From NCBI GenBank assembly GCA_004431415.1, contig QPMI01000150.1:62001-126000 (forward strand): a stretch of 64,000 nt of DNA, read 5' to 3'. The notes beneath the pieces are model-generated. The model saw only the letters and a program-made list of their open reading frames with translations. It ran no database searches and was not told the origin of the DNA. Source of the DNA: Cyanophora paradoxa CCMP329 (lineage: Eukaryota; Plantae; Glaucophyta). Shown in pieces: positions 39,001-49,006 of the stretch. How positions within the stretch are numbered: position 1 is the first letter of the stretch; each line of letters starts with the position of its first letter. The translations under genes and the position numbers were made by a program.

Positions 39001-40576
39001 GCCGTGGACGCTCCAGTGCAAGGAGTCGGCCGCAATTTTGATGCTGCCGGTTCCGGCCGGTCCCGCGACGCGCGCATTCGATGCGTACTGGCGCACATAG
39101 ACATAGCAGGGCCTGCGCACTCCCGAAATCCGCTTTTCGGAGCCGGAACAGTGCAGGAAGGTGCCCGACGGCAAAAATTCGATCCTGCACAGCCCCGGGC
39201 AACTTTCCGCGCGCCCACGCCGCGGCGCATGCGCGGATCAATAGTATATGCATTTGAGATGTAGAAGAAGCCTTCCGCACGGTCTCTAAATGCGCCGGGC
39301 CGCGAGGACCCAGCCGACCCCGAAAACTCGATCCTGGACGGACCTGCACATCTTTCCGCGCGCCCTCGCGTCCTCACCCGTGCCCATCGCTACAGTATTC
39401 ATCTGAGATCTAAACGAAGCCTTCCGCAAGCTCTGTGGCCGCGACAGAGCACGAGAACCCCGCCGACGCCAAATTTTCGATCCTGGATAGGCCTACACAT
39501 ATTTCCGCACGCCCTCGCCTCCGCAGCCCTGGACATCAATCCAGTATGCATCCGAGACTCTGTTTAAGCGATTCATAAGCCCTGTGCATGCGCCCGGCCG
39601 CGAGAACCTCGCCCCTCCCCTCAACAATCTCCTCTCAATTTCCTCAGGGCCTCGAGCTCAACTACAGCTACCTGATTGGCAGCACCACTCCTCCCCTCAT
39701 TATATTCTGCCTCAGCTGCACCAATTCCCCCGATTACAGAATTATATTTTCTCAGGAAATCTCCTCTCAGGACAACTCCCCCCATAATTATATTCCGTCG
39801 CAGCAGCCCTCCCCTCCCCTCTCCCTCCCCTGCCACGCCGCCAGCTGATTGGCAGCACCGCTCCTCCCCTCATTATATTATTCTCAAGCCCAATAATATT
39901 CCCTCTCACCAGCCCTCCCCTCCCCTCTCCCTGCTCCACCGACCCAGACACAGCCGCGACGGGCCGCGATGATAAAGGGGGACGCGAGGAGGGCTGCTGA
40001 GGCTTCGCCCGATGTTTGGGACCCGCAGGGGCCCAGGGCTTGTCTCAAACCCAAAAACCGACGATCCTAATTCCTTTTTTAACCTTTTTTTCCACTCAAG
40101 ATCCCCCCTGCTAAATAATTTCCGTGTCGCACTCCCTCGAGGCAGAATTATTAATTCTGCCTCGACACGGACGCGATTGCCGCAAATAACACACCTACTC
40201 TAACCCCCACAGACCTCTCTAGATCCATTTTTAGCGTCCTGGCTCCCCTAAGACGACCGCTCGCCCGTGGGCGTCGCGCGAATTTCGAATTTCTCTCTGG
40301 ATCAATTCCGGTACTTAACCTCCGACAAATGCAGTCCGAGTCAGAAGGTGGGACCCGGTCCCGCCCGGTCCCGCGACGACATCGCGCCAGGGACGCCCCA
40401 GAACGATACAGAATGCCGCGCGAGGGCGAGCGCATCGCCGCAAGCTCGATTTCAAGCGCCGTCGACGCTCCAGTGCGAAGAGTCGGCCGAAAATTTGATC
40501 CGGCCGGTTCCGCCCGGTCCCGCGACGCGCGCAATCGATGCGTACTAGCGCGCATAGACATAGCAGCGCCTCCGCA

Positions 40577-42547
40577 GGCACCCTCCTCGCGCTCGAGCTC
40601 GAACTTACATGCCAGTGCACAGGCCTGAAGCATCCATTATGCAAATTTCTAATTATAAACAAGGGAACCAGGACAGCCGGCCCATATATGTATACTCCAT
40701 GCGCGCAAGCGCATCGCTAGGCCCTTGCAATTGAGCTCATGATCATATGCATATGCATATGTAGAAGCTGTACCCAACGCGCAAGGCTGCCTCGCCGCCG
40801 TTGAGGTCGATCTCGGCAACCCGAACCGCAAGCTCAAAATACGCCTTATGTAAACTGTGCAATTGAGCGATGTCTCTCAACGCGCACCCGGGCCGGGACG
40901 TAGGTCCGCATCTGTCAGGACCTCTCGGTCGCCAGCCGTCAGGCGGTGTACGCCGGCCTCACCCCGGAGCAGCAAGCCGCGGGCCTCTCTTACCGCATCT
41001 TCTGCGGCATCCAGGGCGTCTACACGGACGACGCGCTCACCGCCATGTGCCAGGTCCGCCCCGGGCCAACCTGGACCCCAATACGGGCCCATAAAAGGAA
41101 TCTAAAAGATCACGCCACCCCGTGCGCGGGCACCTGACTAAACCTCTGCCCCCGCAGGCGGTCTGGCTTGAGCCTGAGCTCTTCGACGGCAAGATCAAGG
41201 TCGTGAACCTCACGGCCCTGCAGCCCCACAAGTACAAGCGCGACGGCGACAACATCGCTGTCATCGGAAAGGAGGTGCAGCCCGCGCTCGACGCGGACGA
41301 CTCCGAAGACGAGGACCAGGAGGTCCGTACCCCCCACCCCCGAGGGCCCCTGTACCCCCCCTGACAGCAGAACCGCTCGACAGTCGCTCTACCCCGACTC
41401 GTTGGCCCTGGCGGCCTCCGAGACCAGCGCGAAGGTCGTCACGGAGCACCGTATCCACTACCCCAACGGGGTGGGCGGCCGCGCCTCGTACCGCCCCGGC
41501 CACTCCACCACGGCCCGCCGGCTCAACCGCCTCAGCGCCCTCAACGAGGGCAAGACCAGCGAGGAGGCAGCCAAGATAGCGGCGGAGATCGCCGCCAAGT
41601 CCCGCAAGCGCGTGAACGAGCGCTTCGGGCCCGACGCACGCAAGAAGAGCAAGGGCGGCGCCGCCGCCCCAGCCGCCCCCGCGCCCCACCCCGCCGCCGC
41701 CGGCGCCGCTGCCGCGGCAGCCGCCGCCGCCCCGCGCCGATCGCCGCCCCGCGTCCGCCCCGGGCCCGGCCCCGCCCCGGCCCCGCCCGGCCAACATCAC
41801 GCTCGCCAACTACCAGGCCACCCAGAAGCTCCTCACCGAGCTCACGGCGGCCATCGGCGGCCCCGCCGCCGTAGAGGCCTACCTCGCCGGCCGCCGCGCC
41901 GCGGCAGCGGACAACGTAGCGGCGTAGACTCTCTAGGACCCCCCTAGAGCTGGGGCCTCCGGCCACCCCCCTTTCTTTCTCTCAGTTAATCCTTTTCTAT
42001 TTCCCTGAGCGGCCTCAAGGCCTTGCTCCCTTCCCGGGCGAGACACACAGCTGTCATGTACGCTATGTGAAGCAAATGCCAGGCGCGCGCCCAAGACCCC
42101 CGATCAGGCCACCCCTGCCCCTCGCCCCCCACCTTAGCCCCGGCCCTGCTGGGCCACCACCTAGCCCGTGCTCACCCCTCCCTTACGTACCGAGCCCCAT
42201 CCCGGCCCCCCCCGGGACACCCGCCCCGCGCCTCTCACGCCCAACGCTAGGGGGACGTGCAACCGCCCTAGGCCTGTACTACCCCCCCACCTCACCCCAC
42301 CCCCCCACCCCCCCTACCGACTACGTATCGCCAACGCAAGCCCAAGAAGGACACCCCGCCCAAGCTCTCCCCCAAGGCCACACTGAACGCTTAGAGTTAG
42401 CGTCGAAGCGCCTATCCCTGTGTACCGGCCACAGGTCATGAGCTGACCCAGAGTTCGGCCTATACCGAACCGGTAGTGCATACGATGAAGTCAGTGGTCT
42501 GAGAATACAATCACCGCCCAAGAATTGGGCTATCCTGAAAAAAAAAA
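40577..42547 (+). mobile_element. Non-autonomous retroposed element with poly(A) tail and 15-bp TSD
   Basis: AGCAGCGCCTCCGCA is duplicated at 40562-40576 and 42548-42562, with an A-run at 42538-42548. The empty homologous site is present near 37530. Confidence 0.92.
40904..41927 (+). CDS. Intron-containing unknown protein inside the retroposed element (5' end unresolved; probable frameshift in the C-rich tract)
   Basis: Exons 40904-41053, 41158-41322 and 41384 onward join in phase 0 through GT-AG introns with CTGAC branch motifs; codons are GC3-rich. Confidence 0.65.
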
Positions 42548-45500
42548 AGCAGCGCCTCCGCACCCCCGAAATCCGCTTTTCGGAGCCGGAATAGCGCAAG
42601 AAGGTACCGGACATCAAAAATTCGATCCTTCACAGGCCTGGACATCTTTCCGCGCGCCAACGCCGCGGCGTATGCGCGGAGCAATAGTATAAGCATTTGA
42701 GATGTAGAAGAAGCCTTCCGCACGCTTTGCGTATGCGCCGGGCCGCGAGGACCCAGCCCACCCCGAAAATTCGATCCTGGACGGACATGTACATGTGCAT
42801 CTTTCCGCGCGCCCTCGCACCCTCACGCGAGCGCATCGCTACAATTTTCAGTTGACTTCTTTTTAAAGCTTTTCGCAAGCTCTGCAGGCGCGACAGGGCT
42901 CGAGAACCCAGCCGACGCAAAAATTCGATCCTGAACGGGCCTGCACAGCTTTCCGCGCGCCCGCGCCGCGGCGCATGCACGGAACAATAGTATAAGCATT
43001 TGAGATGTAGAAGAAGACTTCCGCACGCTTTGCGTATGCGCCGGGCCGCGAGGACCCAGCCCACCCCGAAAATTCGATCCTGGACGGACATGTGCATCTT
43101 TCCGCGCGCCCTCGCATCCCCACGCATGCCCATCGCTACAGTATTCATTTGAGATCTAAACGAAGCCTTCCGCGACCTCTGTGGCCGCGACAAAGCACGA
43201 AAACCCAACCGACGCCAAATTTGCGATCCTGCACAGACCTGCACATATTTCTGCGCGCCCTCGCCTCCGCAGCCCTGCACATCGGTGCTATATGCGTTCG
43301 AGATTCTGTTTAAGCGATTCGCAAGCTCTGTGCATGCGCCTGGCCGCGAGAACCTCGCCCCTCCCGGGCCTCCTTCCCAACAATATTATATAATTAATCT
43401 CCTCTCAATCTGCTCCACCCTTTATTTCCTCAGTACATTAATATTCCTCTAGCCGGCCAGCGCTAGCTGGACTGGCCGTCAGCCAGCCAGCTTCCGAGTC
43501 CAGCCAGAAAGCTGTTCGCGATCGGCCAGGCCGCTGGCCAGTGCCCTATAGGCCTACTGTGCCAGCCGCGAGGGCGTCCGCGAGGCTTCGCCGTACTTAG
43601 TGCTCCGCAGGAGCACGGATCTTGTCGGGCGAAGCCTCTTCGGGCGAAGCCTCTTCCGTAATCCGAAAACGAACGTGCCCTTTTCCTTTTTTTCCACCGC
43701 TCTCCGATTGGTCCGAGTGTCCAGAGTCGCAACCTCCGCAATGAAGGCGAACGGTCCCGGACATTACATAGCTGCCCGCGGACGTGACACTTATTTTTGG
43801 ACTCGAAGCTCCCCTAAGACGACCGCTCTCCCGTGGGCGTCGAACGAAAATCGAATTTCCCTCCAGGATCAATTCCGGTATTTATACCCCGGGGTTCGAT
43901 CGCGAAATCCCAAAAAGTGGGACCCGGTCCCGCGACGAAAGCAAGCCAGGGACGCGCCAGAGCGGTCAGAATGACAGCCAAGAGCGCGCGCATCGCGCCA
44001 AGCTCGATTTCGGCCGCCGTGGACGCTCCAGTGCAAGGAGTCGGCCGCAATTTTGATGCTGCCGGTTCCGGCCGGTCCCGCGACGCGCGCATTCGATGCG
44101 TACTGGCGCACATAGACATAGCAGGGCCTGCGCACTCCCGAAATCCGCTTTTCGGAGCCGGAACAGTGCAGGAAGGTGCCCGACGGCAAAAATTCGATCC
44201 TGCACAGCCCCGGGCAACTTTCCGCGCGCCCACGCCGCGGCGCATGCGCGGATCAATAGTATATGCATTTGAGATGTAGAAGAAGCCTTCCGCACGGTCT
44301 CTAAATGCGCCGGGCCGCGAGGACCCAGCCGACCCCGAAAATTCGATCCTGGACGGACCTGCACATCTTTCCGCGCGCCCTCGCGTCCTCACCCGTGCCC
44401 ATCGCTACAGTATTCATCTGAGATCTAAACGAAGCCTTCCGCAAGCTCTGTGGCCGCGACAGAGCACGAGAACCCCGCCGACGCCAAATTTTCGATCCTG
44501 GATAGGCCTACACATATTTCCGCGCGCCCTCGCCTCCGCAGCCCTGGACATCAATCCAGTATGCATCCGAGACTCTGTTTAAGCGATTCATAAGCCCTGT
44601 GCATGCGCCCGGCCGCGAGAACCTCGCCCCTCCCCTCAACAATCTCCTCTCAATTTCCTCAGGGCCTCGAGCTCAACTACAGCTACCTGATTGGCAGCAC
44701 CACTCCTCCCCTCATTATATTCTGCCTCAGCTGCACCAATTCCCCCGATTACAGAATTATATTTTCTCAGGAAATCTCCTCTCAGGACAACTCCCCCATA
44801 ATTATATTCCGTCGCAGCAGCCCTCCCCTCCCCTCTCCCTCCCCTGCCACGCCGCCAGCTGATTGGCAGCACCGCTCCTCCCCTCATTATATTATTCTCA
44901 AGCCCAATAATATTCCCTCTCACCAGCCCTCCCCTCCCCTCTCCCTGCTCCACCGACCCAGACACAGCCGCGACGGGCCGCGATGATAAAGGGGGACGCG
45001 AGGAGGGCTGCTGAGGCTTCGCCCGATGTTTGGGACCCGCAGGGGCCCAGGGCTTGTCCGTAACCCTAAAACGAACGACGTTTATTCCTTTTTTTCCACT
45101 GCTTCGCGATTGGTCCGAGCGTCGAGGATCGCAACCTCCGCATCGAACCGCGATTGGTCACAGATGTAACACAGTTGCCCACAGACGTGACACTTATTTT
45201 TAGACTCGAAGCTCCCCTAAGACGATCACTCTCCCGTCGGCGTCGCGCGAAATCGAATTTCCCTCACGGATCAATTCCGGTATTTATACCCCGGGGCTCG
45301 ATCGCGAAACTCCAAAAAGTGGGACCCAGTCCCGCGACGAAAGCGCGCCAGGGACGCGCCAGAGCGGTCACAATGACAGCCAAGAGCGCGCGCATCGCGG
45401 CAAGCTCGATTTCGGCCGCCGGGCCGCCCTCGACGCTCCAGTCCAGAGAGTCGGCCGAAATTTTGATCCTGCCGGTTCCGGCCGGTTCCGCGACGCGCGC

Positions 45501-48500
45501 ATGCGATGCGTACTGGCGCGCATAGACATAGCAGGGCCTGCTCACTCTAGATATCCGCTTTTCGGAGCCGGAACAGCGCAGAAAGGTGCCCGACAGCAAA
45601 AATTCGATCCTGCACAGCCCCGGGCATCTTTCCGCGCGCCCACGCCGCGGCGCATGCGCGCATCAATAGTATAAGCATTTGAGATGTAGAAGAAGACTTC
45701 CGCACGGTCTCTAAATGCGCCGGGCCGCGAGGACCCAGCCGACCCCGAAAATACGATCCTGTACGGACCTGCACATCTTTCCCCGCACCCTCGCGTCCTC
45801 ACCCATGCCCAACGCTATAGAGTATTCATTTGAGATCTAAACGAAGCCTTCCGCAAGCTCTGTGGGCGCGAAAGAGCACGAGAACCCAGCCGACGCCAAA
45901 TTTTCGATCCTGGACAGGCCTCCACATATTTCCGCGCGCCCTCGCCTCCGCAGCCCTGGACATCGATCCTGTACGCATCCGACATTCTGTTTAAGCGATT
46001 CATAAGCTCTGCCCATGCGCCTGCCCGCGAGAACCTCCCGCTTCCCCTTAACAATCTCCCCTCAATTTCATCAGGGCCTCGAGCTCAACTACAGCTAGCT
46101 CATTGGCGGCACCACTAGTACTCCTCCCCTCATTATATTCTAGCTGCATAATTATACTCTCCATAGACAGCTCCTCTCAGGACAACTCCGCCCATAATTA
46201 TATTCCCTCTCAGTAGCCCTCCCCTCCCGTCTCCCTGCCCCACCGACCCAAAGACAGCTGCGACAGGCCGCGATGAACAAGGGGGGCGCGAGGTGGGCGG
46301 CAGAGGCTTCGCCCGATGTTTGGGACCCGCAGGGGCCCAGGGCTTGTGCTCCGCAGGAGCACGGATCTTGTCTCAAACCCAAAAACCAACGAGCCAAATT
46401 CCTTTTTTAACCTTTTTTTCCACTCGAGATCCCCCCTGCTAAATAATTTCCGTGTCGCGACTCCTCGAGCACGAATTATTAATTCTGCTTCGACACGGAC
46501 GCGATTGCCGCAAATAACACACCTACTCTAACCCCCACAGACCTCTCTAGATCCATTTTTAGCGTCCTGGCTCCCCTAAGACGACCGCTCTCCCGTGCAC
46601 GTCGCGCGAATTTCGAATTTCTCTCTGGATCAATTCCGGTACTTAACCTCCGACAAATGCGGTCCGAGTCAGAAGGTGGGACCCGGTCCCGCCCGGTCCC
46701 GCGACGAAATCGCGCCAGGGACGCCCCAGAACGATACAGAATGACGGGCGAGGGCGAGCGCATCGCCGCAAGCTCGATTTCGGGCGCCCTCGACGCTGCA
46801 GTCCGAACAGTACGCCGAAATTTGATCCTCCCGGTTCCGGCCGGTCCCGCGACGCGCCGCGGCGCGCAATCGATGCGTACTGGCGCGTATAGACATAGCA
46901 CGGCCTGCGCACCCCCGAAATCCGCTTTTCGGAGCCGGAACAGCGCAGGAAGGTACCCGACGGCAAAAATTCGATCCCACACGGGCCCGGACATCTTTCC
47001 GCGCGCCCACGCCGCGGCGCACGCGCGGAACGATAGCATAAGCATTTAAGATGTAGAAGAAGACTTCCGCACGGTCTCTAAATGCACCAGGCCGCGAGGA
47101 CCCAGCCGACCCCGAAAATTCGATCCTGGACGGACCTGAACATCTTTCCGCGCGCCCTCGCATTCTCGCGCATGCGCATCGCTACAATATTCATTTGAGA
47201 TTTTATCAAAGCCTTCCACAAGCTTCGAAGACGCGAAAGAGCACGAGAACCCAGCGGACGGCAAAAATTCGATCCTGCACGGACCCGGACATCTTTCCGC
47301 GCGCCCACGCCGCGGCGCATGCGCGGAACAATAGCATAAGCATTTGAGATGTAGAAGACGCATTCCGCACGCTTTACAGATGCGCCGGACCGCGGGGACC
47401 CAGCCGACCCCGAAAATTCGATCCTTCACGGACCTGCACATCTTTCCGCGCGCCCTCGCATCCTCACGCGAGCGCATCGCTACAATATTCAGTTGAGATC
47501 TTTTTAAAGCTTTTCGCAAGCTCTGCGGGCGCGACAGGGCACGAGAACCCAGCCGACGCAAAAATTCGATCCTGAACGGGCCTGCACATCTTTCCGCGCG
47601 CCCACGCCGCGGCGCATGCTCAGAGCTATACAATATGCATTTGAGATATAGAAAAAGCCTTTCGCACGCTCTCTAAATGCGCCGGGCCGCGAGGACCCAG
47701 CCGACCCCGAAAATTCGATCCTGGACAGATCTGCGCATCTTTCCGCGCGCCCTCGCATCGTCACGCAAGCGCATCGCTACAATATGCATTTGAGATCGGT
47801 TTAAAGCTTTCCGCGAGCTCTGCGGGCGCGACAGCGCACGATAACCCAGCCGACGCCAAAAAGTCGATCCTGGCCACGCCTGCACATCTTTCCGCGCGCG
47901 CTCGCCTCCGCAGCCCCGTTGCTATATGCATTCGAGATTCTGTTTAAGCGATTCGCAAGCTCTGTGCATGCGCCTGGCCGCGAGACTCTGAGAACCTCGC
48001 CCCTCCCGGGCCTCCTTCCCAACAATATTATAACAATAAACTCCTCTCAATCTAGATCTGCTCCACCCTTTATTTCCTCAGTACATTAATATTCGATCCT
48101 CTAGCCGGCCAGCGCTAGCTGGACTGGCCGTCATGATCATGATCACCCAGCCAGCTTCCAGCCAGAAAGCTGTTCGCGATCGGCCAGGCCGCTGGCCAGT
48201 CGCTGAGTGCCCTATAGGCCTACCAGGTACTGTGACAGCCACGAGGGCGTCCGCGAGGCTTCGCCGTACTTAGTGCTCCGCAGGAGCACGGATCTTGTTA
48301 AATTAACGTGCTGACATTTTGAGTTTAGTTTCACTTGGGGTAATGTGTCTGGCGTTATCGCAGCAGATTTTCGAGAATAAACGCGGTACCTAATTGTAAA
48401 TCTGAAGTCAAAATTTAATTTGTGATTGTGATGTAATTTACGTTATGCCACACTGTGTTCTCATATGCGTTGACACAACCCTAAGGTAAGTTTTCTGACC

Positions 48501-48609
48501 TCAATCAAACTACCGAGGATTTTTGGCTCGGCCGTCCCGTGAAGACTGAGTTTTTTTACGGGTGTCCGCATGCGTCATAAGTAATAAGTTATAACTTAGT
48601 ATCCTAGTT

Positions 48610-48754
48610 CAGTGCGCGAGGACGCGCACTCGTGAAATAGTAACATGTTGCAGTAGGCATATACCTTCCCAAGTCCCTGTAGCCCTGTACCCATATAGTC
48701 AGTCCACCTGTACCCCTAATACACCACCTTGCCAGCTATCTAGCCTGGCAATAC
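48610..48754 (+). repeat. B|A junction copy (circle-junction-like) of the YR element repeats
   Basis: 36-bp B (one mismatch to 31865-31900; perfect hairpin AGTGCGCG-AGGA-CGCGCACT) is fused directly to 109-bp A, identical to 27358-27466. Confidence 0.95.
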
Positions 48755-49006
48755 ATGCTCTACGCGTTTGTAGACTGTGCGCCTACAGCTACGTATACTC
48801 CGTGGAAAAAATACAACGCAGCCTCTGCTGCTGTCTGCATAAAATAAATCGAACAATAAAATCTTAGGACACTCAGCGAGCGACTGCCGCAGTGCGGGGC
48901 AGCAGCTCAGAAAATATCACTAGGTGCACGGAAAGCTTCACAAAACGCAGACTGCAGCTGCGGGCTCGAAGCGCAAGAAGAAGCAGACCAAAGGGGGCGC
49001 CCCGGC

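Larger units (their letters stand above)
34597..48297 (+). mobile_element. Head-to-tail array of 8 non-autonomous Helitron-like units
   Basis: Each unit starts TC and ends with a GC hairpin (GTGCTCC-GCA-GGAGCAC or TGGGACCC-GCA-GGGGCCCA) followed by CTTG. CTTG|TC junctions are at 35841, 37011, 38607, 40042, 43624, 45056 and 46370. The array sits between A (34596) and T (48298) with no TSD. Confidence 0.8.

Noticed and set aside
34769-48025. Repeated ORFs within the Helitron array as genes
   Set aside because: Frames are not conserved between units, and there are no Rep/helicase motifs.
27358-48754. Canonical LTR retrotransposon with 109-bp LTRs and a CATG TSD
   Set aside because: No PBS, convincing PPT or integrase is present. 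Similarity continues past the putative TSD (CTCTACGCG follows both copies), and the coding remnants look YR-type. Not fully excluded.
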